This document shows positions 46,730 through 56,092 of a stretch of 64,000 nt of DNA, in pieces. Each line of letters starts with the position of its first letter. Position 1 is the first letter of the stretch. The notes under the pieces were generated by a model. That model did not search any database. It had not been told where the DNA came from and was given only the letters and a program-made list of their open reading frames with translations. Position numbers and translations under genes: made by a program. The stretch is taken from the NCBI GenBank assembly GCA_016185435.1, contig JACPNN010000021.1, positions 269 to 64,268 on the forward strand, given 5' to 3'. Origin of the DNA: Candidatus Aenigmatarchaeota archaeon (GTDB lineage Archaea > Aenigmatarchaeota > Aenigmatarchaeia > QMZP01).

Positions 46730-46863
46730 GCTGCTTTTCTGGATCATATACAATTGTACCTACTCGCATGCCTGATCTTATAATCAAAACAAAATCCAAA
46801 AGGAAAAAAATAATTGCGCCCTACTTCCGCTTTCCAGGCTTTATCCGCCTTTAGCGCGTCAGA

Positions 46864-47037
46864 TTAGAACCTTCTTTCAGGCTTGTGTTTCTGGAAGCAG
46901 TCCCTGCAGTAAACAGGCCTGCCTTCAGTGGGCTTGAAAGGCACTTTGCATGCCTGACCACAGTCCGCACATGTTGCATCGTGCTCTTCCCTGGGGCCGA
47001 AGCTTCTGCCTCCGAAGCCACCTTCTCTGAATGCCAT
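46864..47037 (-). CDS. CxxC-x17-CxxC zinc-ribbon protein, copy 1
   Basis: Manual: MAFREGGFGGRSFGPREEHDATCADCGQACKVPFKPTEGRPVYCRDCFQKHKPERRF. Confidence 0.92.
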   Translation of the reverse strand: MAFREGGFGGRSFGPREEHDATCADCGQACKVPFKPTEGRPVYCRDCFQKHKPERRF

Positions 47038-47062
47038 TTTTTCACTCCTCTTTTCTTATATG

Positions 47063-47148
47063 CCAAAACAGACTCAATTGAAGCTGCCTTGGAGATGCCG
47101 GCCAAAGAATCAACTTCCTTGCTAGGGCTGTATGCCGCCCAACATCCA
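47063..47148 (-). ncRNA. Candidate structured 5' leader RNA, copy 1
   Basis: Between TTTAAAAA TATA and GAGGAGTG RBS; four pairable stems conserved with copy 2. Confidence 0.55.
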
Positions 47149-47265
47149 GTTAAATAATGTACGACTGGTTTTTAAAGGCATACTCTCGGCAGGGGAGCCG
47201 CTATGGAGCGTCAAAAGAACTGCTTTCTTTATTTTTTGAAATAGGGCCTCGGAAGAAATATCTAT

Positions 47266-47652
47266 ATGCACCCCAAGATGAGCAGGTTCGGGGACGCGAA
47301 GGCCGAGATAAAGAAGGCCTCATCGCTTCCCGGAACCGAGTTCCTGGAGAAGGCCTACAGCATACTGTATTCGAGATGCAAGTACACAGGGTTTGGACTT
47401 TTCGGAGAAAACAACCAGAAAATTGCTTTTGGAAATATCGGCACTGACTCTGAAAAAGCAATTGAAAAGGCAAAGGCATCCGGTAAAATATCGACATCTG
47501 GAAAAGCTATTTCCTCATCCATCGGAAACAATGGAAACGTTACCGCTTATCTGGCCATCGAGAGCTTCCTGCCTTTCTTTGACGATCTGGACAGGAATAT
47601 GGCGGAGTTCCTGGCGAAAATATTGGAGGAGAAGGCCGGAGAGCTGCTATAG
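47266..47652 (+). CDS. Small GAF-like protein, copy 2
   Basis: Close paralog of 46343-46729. Confidence 0.6.
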   Translation: MHPKMSRFGDAKAEIKKASSLPGTEFLEKAYSILYSRCKYTGFGLFGENNQKIAFGNIGTDSEKAIEKAKASGKISTSGKAISSSIGNNGNVTAYLAIESFLPFFDDLDRNMAEFLAKILEEKAGELL

Positions 47653-47730
47653 ACCTTTTTGTGCGAATTCTTCTGACAGGTTCAGATATATACAATTGTA
47701 CCAACTGATAGCTACAAAAGTAGAAAATCT

Positions 47731-47771
47731 TTATATACAAGTGTAGCTAAAATTATATACAAGTGTAGCTA
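47731..47771 (+). promoter_or_regulatory. 19-bp direct repeat over TA promoter
   Basis: TTATATACAAGTGTAGCTA at 47731 and 47753. Confidence 0.6.
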
Positions 47772-48169
47772 TGAACAGGGAGACGCATAAAAGGAACATT
47801 ATGGAAAGCGTGGAAGTAATCAGGGAATGCATAGACAAAGGCGTTGAAAAGAGGCAGAGAACGATAGGCTTTCACTGCTCTTCAGCAGCTACAGACATGC
47901 TTGAGCTGTTTCTTCACGAGAACAATCTCATAGATCCGGGCGCAAACATAAAGCATGACTACTTCTCCTCCATCAGGAAAGCAGAGGAAAAGCTGAATTT
48001 CGAGTTTCCGAACAAGCAAAAAATAATAAAGCTGCTGGTTGAAATCGAGAATAAAAGGAATCTCCTGTGCTATGGAAAGCCGCAGGAAAAAGAAGAAATA
48101 GAAAAATATATTGAGTTGTTCAATACTTCAAAGAGTGTTTTTGAAAAGGCGGGGATTAGATATGAATGA
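47771..48169 (+). CDS. HEPN-like protein
   Basis: RQRTIGF, KHD, RNLLCY (Rx4Y). Confidence 0.7.
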   Translation: MNRETHKRNIMESVEVIRECIDKGVEKRQRTIGFHCSSAATDMLELFLHENNLIDPGANIKHDYFSSIRKAEEKLNFEFPNKQKIIKLLVEIENKRNLLCYGKPQEKEEIEKYIELFNTSKSVFEKAGIRYE

Positions 48170-48794
48170 TCTTAGCAAAATGCTGCTTGCTTATACTATG
48201 GACTTTGCTTCATTTCTTGCTTCCAGCCTGAGCAGGGAACAGTTTGCCAACATAAAATCTGTAGTTGTTTTTGGATCTGTTTCAAGGGGCGAGGCAGAAA
48301 AGGGCAGCGACATAGATGTTTTCATTGATGTGATAAGGCAGGACAGCATTGAAAAAAAGGTTGCCGGAATACTGAAGGATTTTTACGAAACAGAGATTTT
48401 CAGGAGATGGAAGCTGAAAGGCATTGAGAACAAGATAAACTGCATAACCGGCAATCTGGATTCCTGGAAAGAACTAAGAATTTCGGTGCTAGCCAATGGG
48501 ATTGCAATCTATTCGAAATACGCAGGACGGTCCAATGGAAAGCAGTATGTCATCATCTACTGGAATGCGATAAAATCGGCGTCGAAACGTGTGCAGCTGA
48601 GCAAGAAGCTGTACGGTTACAGGCAGAAGACTGCGTACTATAAAGGGATGATTGAGCTGACAGGCTCGATCAAGCTCGGCCCGAACTGCATGCTTTCGCC
48701 CCTTGAATCGGCAAAAGCTGTTATTGATGTTATTCGCAATTCTGGAACCGCTGCAAGAACAATATATGTGCAAAGGATAGATGATGTTGGCTGA
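48162..48794 (+). CDS. MNT nucleotidyltransferase with extra C-terminal domain
   Basis: VFGSVSRG...SDIDVFID; KKLYGY...IKLGPNC. Confidence 0.85.
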   Translation: MNDLSKMLLAYTMDFASFLASSLSREQFANIKSVVVFGSVSRGEAEKGSDIDVFIDVIRQDSIEKKVAGILKDFYETEIFRRWKLKGIENKINCITGNLDSWKELRISVLANGIAIYSKYAGRSNGKQYVIIYWNAIKSASKRVQLSKKLYGYRQKTAYYKGMIELTGSIKLGPNCMLSPLESAKAVIDVIRNSGTAARTIYVQRIDDVG

Positions 48795-48906
48795 GGTGCA
48801 GAATGTTAGAAATTTCTGAAAAACTGCAAAACAAAATCCAAAAGGAAAAAAAATAATTGCGCCCTACTTCCGCTTTCCAGGCTTTATCTGCCTCTATCGC
48901 GTCAGA

Positions 48907-49086
48907 TTAGAACCTTCTTTCAGGCTTGTGCTTCTGGAAGCAGTCCCTGCAGTAAACAGGCCTGCCTTCAGTGGGCTTGAAAGGCACTTTGCATGGCTGT
49001 CCGCAGTCCGAACAGGTTGCATCGTGCTCTTCTCTCGGGCCGAAGCTTCTTCCGCCGAATCGGCCGCCGCCTTCTCTGAATGCCAT
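48907..49086 (-). CDS. CxxC-x17-CxxC zinc-ribbon protein, copy 2
   Basis: Manual: MAFREGGGRFGGRSFGPREEHDATCSDCGQPCKVPFKPTEGRPVYCRDCFQKHKPERRF. Confidence 0.92.
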   Translation of the reverse strand: MAFREGGGRFGGRSFGPREEHDATCSDCGQPCKVPFKPTEGRPVYCRDCFQKHKPERRF

Positions 49087-49112
49087 TTTTTACACTCCTC
49101 TTGCTTTATATG

Positions 49113-49201
49113 CCAAAAACAGTCTCATTCCGAGAGCTGCCTTGGAGATGCTTGCCAAAGAAACAAGTTCCTGGCTATGGCCGAAAGCCACTCAACACCC
49201 A
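49113..49201 (-). ncRNA. Candidate structured 5' leader RNA, copy 2
   Basis: Same architecture as 47063-47148 with altered but pairable stems. Confidence 0.55.
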
Positions 49202-49375
49202 GTTAAATAATGTACAATTGCTTTTTAAAGGCATACCCCCTGTAGCGTGCCGCTATGACATCAGTTCTCAGGCGTGATCCAGGGGAAGAAACGGTGGCGC
49301 TCTCCAGCGGCCTTTTTAAAACGTATTTAAATGCATGCTACTATAGTATTAACATCAATTTTGAGCCCCTCCACT

Positions 49376-49600
49376 ATGGATATCCTGTCGCATGCGCTTG
49401 TGCCAAAGCACGAGCTCTTGAGTGAGAAGGACAAGCATGAAGTTCTTTCAAAATACGGTATCCCTGCCGGCAAGCTCCCAAAAATGCTTGCTTCTGACCC
49501 TGTCGCCCAGGTTATCCAGGCCAAAGCAGGCGATGTTGTCAGGATTCTCAGGAAAAGCGAGACAGGCGGAGAGGGCATATATTATCGGCTTGTAGTGTGA
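49376..49600 (+). CDS. rpoH: RNA polymerase subunit H
   Basis: HALVPKHELL, LPKM..SDP, GDVVRI.RKSETGG, YYRLV. Confidence 0.96.
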   Translation: MDILSHALVPKHELLSEKDKHEVLSKYGIPAGKLPKMLASDPVAQVIQAKAGDVVRILRKSETGGEGIYYRLVV

Positions 49601-51057
49601 TCATGTATACGCAGCTTCTCAAAAAATTCGAGGAAGAGAGGGGATTTATCAGTTTTCAGATTAGGAGCTTCAACAAATTCATAGAGAATGATATCCAGAC
49701 AATAATGAGCGAGATAGGAGAGGTCAACCTCACCCCTGAAACCAATGCCATGAAGCTGCTTTTTGGGGAAGTCGAGCTCGGAAAGCCTGTCATCAAGGAA
49801 GCCGACGGCTCAACGAGGCAGATTTACCCCAACGAGGCCAGGATAAGGAACCTCACCTATTCCACGCCCATTTTCGTCTATATGATCCCTGTGGTGGAGG
49901 GTGTGAAGGAGAAGCCTGAGAAAGTCCATATTATCGACATGCCCATCATGGTGAAGAGCAAGCTCTGCTCCACCTCCGGCCTCTCGAAAGAGGAGCTGAC
50001 CGAAAAAGGCGAAGATCCTGAAGACCTGGGGGGCTATTTCATTGTTAACGGGACCGAAAGGGCCGTTGTGATGATAGAGGAGATAGCCAATAATATACCA
50101 ATCTTCGAGAACGACAATGGCCTGATAAAGGTCAGGATAAATTCAGAAAGGTCAGGCTTCAAGCAGAAGCATCTGGTGGAAATGAAGCCTGACGGAGAGA
50201 TAACAATCACTTTTGCAAACATCAGAAGGCTTCCTATAGTCACGCTTCTCAAGGCCCTTGGGATGGAGACAGACAAGCAGATATGCGACAATGTCTCCCA
50301 GGACGAGAAAGTTCTCAATGAGTTCTATATCAACCTCTACAAAGAGGAGGTAATCACAACAGAGGATTCGAAAGAGGCCATAGGCAAGAGGCTGAAAATC
50401 GCGAGAGAGTACAGGGATGAGAGGATAAACCAGATACTTGACAAGTATCTTCTGCCTCATATAGGCCAGACGCCCGAGGAAAGGTCCCTCAAAGCGATGG
50501 CCATAACCCGCATAATAAGGAAGTCAATATCCCTTTACCTCGGAGAGATATCAGCCGATGACATTGACCACTACTCGAACAAAAGGCTGCTGATGGCCGG
50601 GGACCTGCTGGGGCAGCTGTTCAGGAGCATCCTTCTGGGAAGGTGGGGGCTGATAGCCAAGATGAATTACAATTACCAGAAGCTCGTCAAGAGAGGAAGG
50701 ACGCCCTCCATACAGGGCATAGTGGAGGCTGATGCGGCCACAAAGCAGATACTCTCGAGCATCGCAACAGGCAACTGGATAGGCGGCAGGACAGGAGTGA
50801 GCCAGAGGCTTGACAGGAGCAGTTATGTGAGGACAATCAGCCACCTGAGGAGCATTGTCTCGCCGCTGACATCGACGCAGGAGCATTTCTCAGCAAGGGA
50901 GATACATCCGACAGAATGGGGCAAGATATGCCCTGCAGAAACGCCTGAAGGAAGCTCAATAGGGCTGAGGAAGCATCTGGCAATCCTTGCGGAAATTACA
51001 GCCGGGATGAGCCCTGAGGAGAGCGAGAAGGTTTCAAAGTTCATCCAGGCGCTTTGA
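49597..51057 (+). CDS. rpoB2: RNA polymerase subunit B''
   Basis: PNEARIRNLTYS, GGYFIVNGTER, GVSQRLDR, ICPAETPEG. Confidence 0.96.
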   Translation: MIMYTQLLKKFEEERGFISFQIRSFNKFIENDIQTIMSEIGEVNLTPETNAMKLLFGEVELGKPVIKEADGSTRQIYPNEARIRNLTYSTPIFVYMIPVVEGVKEKPEKVHIIDMPIMVKSKLCSTSGLSKEELTEKGEDPEDLGGYFIVNGTERAVVMIEEIANNIPIFENDNGLIKVRINSERSGFKQKHLVEMKPDGEITITFANIRRLPIVTLLKALGMETDKQICDNVSQDEKVLNEFYINLYKEEVITTEDSKEAIGKRLKIAREYRDERINQILDKYLLPHIGQTPEERSLKAMAITRIIRKSISLYLGEISADDIDHYSNKRLLMAGDLLGQLFRSILLGRWGLIAKMNYNYQKLVKRGRTPSIQGIVEADAATKQILSSIATGNWIGGRTGVSQRLDRSSYVRTISHLRSIVSPLTSTQEHFSAREIHPTEWGKICPAETPEGSSIGLRKHLAILAEITAGMSPEESEKVSKFIQAL

Positions 51058-51065
51058 GGGATATT

Positions 51066-51320
51066 ATGGCAAAAGACATCATACTGTCGACAACACAGGA
51101 AATACCGGGAAGGGGGAGTGGCAAAGATCCTTGGGATAGTCAAAGGAAACTCCATACGCTCGAGAGGCGTCGGAGGGCATATAGCGCTTCCCTTGAAAGC
51201 CTTCTCGGAGGGGAGATAACAGCTTATCTGGAGAAGCGCATGAAGATAGAGTCTTCAGAAGTGATGCAGAACGCCGCTGAAATATTGGCATATGGGACAA
51301 CGATAAAATTGAGATCATAA
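51066..51320 (+). pseudogene. ybjQ: Degenerate YbjQ (UPF0145) gene
   Basis: STTQEIPG / shifted frame ILGIVKGNSIRSRGVGGHI / LLGGEITAY...SEVMQNAAEILAYGT; two compensating frameshifts and an internal deletion. Confidence 0.75.
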
Positions 51321-53137
51321 TGGGGGATAAAGGAATGGCTGAACCGAAATTCGCTGATGTCTATCTGGACGGAAAATTCATCAAGACGATAAACAATCCT
51401 GAAAAATTCGTGAATGAGATTAGGGACAGACGAAGGAAGGGTTTGCTGCCATACCAGCTCAACGTAGGCTATTATCCCCAATCAAACGAGATCAAGGTGT
51501 TCACGGACAATGGCAGGGCGAGACGGCCCCTTATAATCGTCGATAACGGGAAGCCCAGGCTGACAGAGCAGCATCTCAAGGATCTGAAGACAGGCAAGAT
51601 AGACATTTCATATTTGCTGAGGAACGGAATAGTCGAGTTTCTGGATACTGCCGAAGAGGAAAACGCTTTCATAGCATTGAAGAATGAAGACCTGACGCCT
51701 GAGAACACGCATCTGGAAGTGGATCCAATCGCCGTCTTCGGGGTATCCGCAGCCCTCATACCATATGCCGAATACAACCGCGGGGACAGGGTGAACTATG
51801 GCGCCAAGATGGCGTGCCAGGCCATAGGAGTCTTCGCATCCAATTATATCCTGCGCACTGACACCAAATCAAATATCTTCACCTATCCCCAGGAGCCTCT
51901 TGTGGCCACAAAGATGGGCACTGTGCTGAAGAAATATCCCCAGGGGCAGAATGTGATAGTGGCCATAATGAGCTATGACGGCTACAACATGAACGACGCG
52001 GTGATACTTAACCGCGCTTCAGTCGACAGAGGCCTGTTCCGCACCTTCTATTTCCGCACTTATGAGGCAGAGAAAAGGAAATATTTCGGCGGCCAGGAGG
52101 ATGAAATCTCAATCCCTCAGCCTGGAACGAAAGGCCACAGGGGAGAAAAGGCGTACAAGGATCTGGCCGAGGACGGGATAGTAAGCACTGAAACGCCTGT
52201 TGAAAGCGATTCTGTCCTTGTCGGGAAGATATCGCCCCTGAGATTCCTGTTCGGCGAGGAGTTTGCCGCAGAGCTGGACAACAAGAGGGAGGCCAGCATA
52301 ACTGTGAGGCATGGCGAAAGAGGGATTGTAGATGCCGTGGTTCTCAGCGAGACCCTTGACGGTGCCCAGTTAATCAAGGTCAGGGTGAGGGATGAAAGGA
52401 TACCTGAAATAGGCGACAAATTCGCCTCAAGATACGGGCAGAAAGGCGTCTCAAGCCTTCTGATGAATAGCGAGGACATGCCTTTCACCTCTGAAGGCAT
52501 AGCGCCTGACATAATCTTCAACCCACACGCCATACCAAGCAGGATGACGATAGGCCAGCTTCTGGAGCTGCTGAGCGGCAAGTATGCGGCAATGGCAGGC
52601 AGGCAATTTGATGCCAGCCCTTTCAACCATATGAAAGAGCAGGATGTGAGAAATGCGATGAGGAAGATGGGCTTCAGGGATGACGGGAAGCAGACTTTGT
52701 ATGACGGAAGGACAGGGAGGAAGTTCGACGTTCTGATATTCGTGGGCCCATGCTATTACTTCAAGCTCGACCACATGGTCACAGACAAGATACATGCAAG
52801 GAGCAAGGGGCCTGTGACACTTTTGACAAAGCAGCCGACTGAAGGGCGGGCCAAGAGAGGCGGGCTCAGGCTTGGGGAAATGGAGCAGCAGTGCATCCTC
52901 GGCCATGGGGCTGCGCTCACGCTTAAGGAGAGATTCGATTCGGACAAGACATCCCTGCCCGTCTGCACCAAGTGCGGCATGCTTGCGATCCATGAGACGG
53001 CAAAGCACAAGATATACTGCAGCATGTGCAAGTCAAGCGAGATCAAATGGGTGGAGACAGGCTATGCATTCAAGCTCTTCCTGGATGAGCTCAAGGCCAT
53101 AGGCATATACCCCAAGCTGGAAGTGGAGGAAATCTGA
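51320..53137 (+). CDS. rpoB1: RNA polymerase subunit B'
   Basis: GYNMNDA, GDKFASRYGQKG, NPHAIPSRMTIG, GGLRLGEME. Confidence 0.97.
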   Translation: MGDKGMAEPKFADVYLDGKFIKTINNPEKFVNEIRDRRRKGLLPYQLNVGYYPQSNEIKVFTDNGRARRPLIIVDNGKPRLTEQHLKDLKTGKIDISYLLRNGIVEFLDTAEEENAFIALKNEDLTPENTHLEVDPIAVFGVSAALIPYAEYNRGDRVNYGAKMACQAIGVFASNYILRTDTKSNIFTYPQEPLVATKMGTVLKKYPQGQNVIVAIMSYDGYNMNDAVILNRASVDRGLFRTFYFRTYEAEKRKYFGGQEDEISIPQPGTKGHRGEKAYKDLAEDGIVSTETPVESDSVLVGKISPLRFLFGEEFAAELDNKREASITVRHGERGIVDAVVLSETLDGAQLIKVRVRDERIPEIGDKFASRYGQKGVSSLLMNSEDMPFTSEGIAPDIIFNPHAIPSRMTIGQLLELLSGKYAAMAGRQFDASPFNHMKEQDVRNAMRKMGFRDDGKQTLYDGRTGRKFDVLIFVGPCYYFKLDHMVTDKIHARSKGPVTLLTKQPTEGRAKRGGLRLGEMEQQCILGHGAALTLKERFDSDKTSLPVCTKCGMLAIHETAKHKIYCSMCKSSEIKWVETGYAFKLFLDELKAIGIYPKLEVEEI

Positions 53138-53419
53138 TATGAGAGCCATGCTTGATTTTCTGGCCGCGGGGATTTCACAGGCAGCATGTGCAATCAGGCC
53201 CAAGCTTGCAGCTATCGCCAGCTCTATCAGCCCCTTTTCTTTCGCCTCTCCTTCATTTTTTTCTCCCCGCCTTTTTTCTGCAAGCCAGAAAGATACAGCC
53301 CATTCAAAATCAAGCTATATCTCCACTCTCGATCTCGTCTGTTCCATGCCTTTGGCTCCGCATATTTCTTCCATGTTCCCGTTCAGGCTGCACGAGCTGC
53401 CTAAGAAAGGAGGGACAAT

Positions 53420-55906
53420 ATGCCGGCACGGCTGAAATCGCTCGAATTCATCCTTCTTGATTCCGAAATAGTGAAGAATATTGCCAGAGTAAGAATTGTG
53501 AACAGCGAGCTTTACGATGCCGACGGCTACCCGATAGAAGGAGGGGTCATGGACCCAAGGCTCGGAGTCATTGATCCCGGCCTGTACTGCAGGACATGCA
53601 ACTGCGGCATAGGGGAATGCATGGGCCATTTCGGCTACCTGGAATTTGCAAGGCCTGTGATCAATGTGCTTTATGTGAAGATCATCCATGAGCTCATGAA
53701 GAAGATATGCTGGAAATGCAGCAGGCTGATCAACCCGGCAGACATAGTGGAAGAGACGAGCACCCAGCCTTCAAAATGCTCCTATTGCGATGCAGTCCAG
53801 AGGAAGGTTAAGTTTGTCAAGCCTTACACATTCTATGAGGACGGCAATGAGCTTGATGCGCTGACGATAAGGGAGAGGTTTGAAAAGATTCCTGCAGGAG
53901 ACACGAAGACGATGGGCTTCAATGGGGGAAGGCCTGAATGGCTGATAATGACCCTCTTCCCTATCCCGCCTGTCACAATGAGGCCTTCCATCACGCTTGA
54001 GACAGGGGAAAGGAGCGAGGATGACCTGACGCACAAGCTTGTCGACATCGTCCGCATCAACCAGTCCCTCAAGGAGAATATAGACATCGGCGCGCCGGAA
54101 TTCATCATAAGGGACTTATGGGAGCTTCTTCAGTACCATGTCTCGACATACTTTGACAATGAGCTGACTGGGGCTCCCCTGGCAAGGCACAGGTCCGGCA
54201 GGCCGCTGAAAGGGATAATACAAAGGCTGAAAGCCAAAGAAGGCAGGCTGAGAGGCAATCTCCTTGGAAAGAGGGTCAACTTTTCTGCCCGGACAGTGAT
54301 TGCGCCCGACCCGAGGCTGAGCATAAACGAGGTTGGCGTTCCAGAGCTTGTGGCAAAGGAAATCACCATCCCGGTGTCCGTCACCAGCCTTAACACAGGC
54401 CATGTCAAGCAGCTGATAAAGGAGGGGCTGGTCAATTATGTCACGAGGCCGGACGGCAGGAAGATAAAGGTCACGGAGGACAACAAGAAGGAAGTTGCGG
54501 AGAACATCAGCCTTGGATGGAGCATCGACAGGCAGCTCATGGATTCTGATGTTGTGATATTCAACAGGCAGCCAAGCCTGCACAGGCCCTCCATAATGGC
54601 CCACAGGGTCAGGGTTATGCCAGGCAAGGCCTTCAGGATCAATCCTTCTGTATGCTTCCCGTACAACGCTGACTTCGACGGCGATGAGATGAACCTCCAT
54701 GCACTGCAGAACGAGGAGGCGAGGACAGAGTCAACTGGCCTGATGCTTGTCGAGAACAATATCATAAGCCCCAAGTTCGGAGGGCCTATAATAGGCCTTG
54801 ACCTTGACCAGCTTTCAGGCTCTTATCTGCTGACAGCCAATGATGTGGAGATGACAAGGGAGGAGGCATGCCAGCTGCTGGCTTTTGCCGGGATAGACAT
54901 TGTGCTTCCGGAAAAGAAGACCTTCAGCGGCAAAGAGATATTCAGCTTCCTGCTCCCTGGAAAGTTCAGCATGGAGCATGATGCGCATTTCGCAAAAAGC
55001 CTCGACAGCAAAGAGAAGGAGAAGCAGGACGGGATAGTGACAATAAGGGACAGCATGCTTGCAAGAGGGAGGGTTGATGAGGCCTCTGTAGGCGCAGAGT
55101 CAGGCTATATAATAGGAAGGATAATAAGGCTTTTTGGCAATGCAGCTGCTGCGCAATTCATAGACAATGCCGCCAGGCTTGCGACAAGCTTCCTCCTCAG
55201 GAGAGGGTTCTCTGCGGGGCTCTCAGATCTTGACCTCCCTGAAAGGGTGAAGAAGGACATCAAGGGAAGGCTGCAGCAGGGAATGAAACATTCAGAGGAT
55301 CTGATCTCGCAGTACAAGGAAGAGGAGCTTGAGATACTTCCGGGCATGACGCCTGAGGAAAGCCTTGAAACCCATATACTCAATGCGCTCTCAAAGAGCA
55401 TAAGCGATGTCAGCACCACAGTTTCTCTTCACATCAAGGAGTCAGACATAGTGGCAATGGCAAAATCAGGGGCAAAGGGCAGCTTCATCAACATATCCCA
55501 GATGATCGCCGGAGTGGGCCAGGAAACCATACTTGGCGAGAGAATAAATTCAGGCTATATAGGCAGGACTTTGCCGCATTTCATGGCCAATGATTTGTCA
55601 GCCACAAGCAGGGGCTTTGTGGGCAGAGGGTTCAGGGAAGGCCTGATGCCATATGAGATATTCTGGGACATCATGAATGGAAGAGAAGGCCTGATGGACA
55701 AGTCCCTCAGGACAAGGAAATCAGGGTACATGCAGAGACGGCTGGTAAATGCCCTGCAGGACCTCAAGGTCAAGAATGATCTGACGGTAAGGAATTCAGT
55801 CAATGAGATTGTCCAGTTCAAGGCCGGGGAAGACGGGATGGATGTGAGCAAAACCGATTTCGGGACGCTGAACTGGAAGAGCATTATCGAGCAGGAAGGG
55901 CTATGA
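53420..55906 (+). CDS. rpoA1: RNA polymerase subunit A'
   Basis: GKRVNFSARTVI, FNRQPSLH, YNADFDGDEMN, SGYMQRRL. Confidence 0.97.
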   Translation: MPARLKSLEFILLDSEIVKNIARVRIVNSELYDADGYPIEGGVMDPRLGVIDPGLYCRTCNCGIGECMGHFGYLEFARPVINVLYVKIIHELMKKICWKCSRLINPADIVEETSTQPSKCSYCDAVQRKVKFVKPYTFYEDGNELDALTIRERFEKIPAGDTKTMGFNGGRPEWLIMTLFPIPPVTMRPSITLETGERSEDDLTHKLVDIVRINQSLKENIDIGAPEFIIRDLWELLQYHVSTYFDNELTGAPLARHRSGRPLKGIIQRLKAKEGRLRGNLLGKRVNFSARTVIAPDPRLSINEVGVPELVAKEITIPVSVTSLNTGHVKQLIKEGLVNYVTRPDGRKIKVTEDNKKEVAENISLGWSIDRQLMDSDVVIFNRQPSLHRPSIMAHRVRVMPGKAFRINPSVCFPYNADFDGDEMNLHALQNEEARTESTGLMLVENNIISPKFGGPIIGLDLDQLSGSYLLTANDVEMTREEACQLLAFAGIDIVLPEKKTFSGKEIFSFLLPGKFSMEHDAHFAKSLDSKEKEKQDGIVTIRDSMLARGRVDEASVGAESGYIIGRIIRLFGNAAAAQFIDNAARLATSFLLRRGFSAGLSDLDLPERVKKDIKGRLQQGMKHSEDLISQYKEEELEILPGMTPEESLETHILNALSKSISDVSTTVSLHIKESDIVAMAKSGAKGSFINISQMIAGVGQETILGERINSGYIGRTLPHFMANDLSATSRGFVGRGFREGLMPYEIFWDIMNGREGLMDKSLRTRKSGYMQRRLVNALQDLKVKNDLTVRNSVNEIVQFKAGEDGMDVSKTDFGTLNWKSIIEQEGL

Positions 55907-56092
55907 TATGGAATATCAACACCAGTATCTAGAGGGATGTAGTATAGGCTTTTCTTCCAAAGAAAAGCCCATCCGGCAAAAGAAGGATATACCAATGATA
56001 AGCATATCCTTCGGTTGCTGGGGGTTGATAAGGGCCCGCAGAGGCCCTTATTGGGATACTTCCCTTCTGCGCCAAGGAAGGGCTATGATATG
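55893..56092. mobile_element. Hairpin-rich ~164-bp insert flanked by 18-bp direct repeat
   Basis: AGGAAGGGCTATGATATG at 55893 and 56075; at least four stems inside. Confidence 0.7.

Noticed and set aside
46885-47157. Plus-strand ORFs at 46885 and 48928
   Set aside because: Antisense shadows of the CxxC-x17-CxxC genes
53139-53460. ORFs between rpoB' and rpoA'
   Set aside because: Low-complexity translations with no recognisable family; probably a remnant
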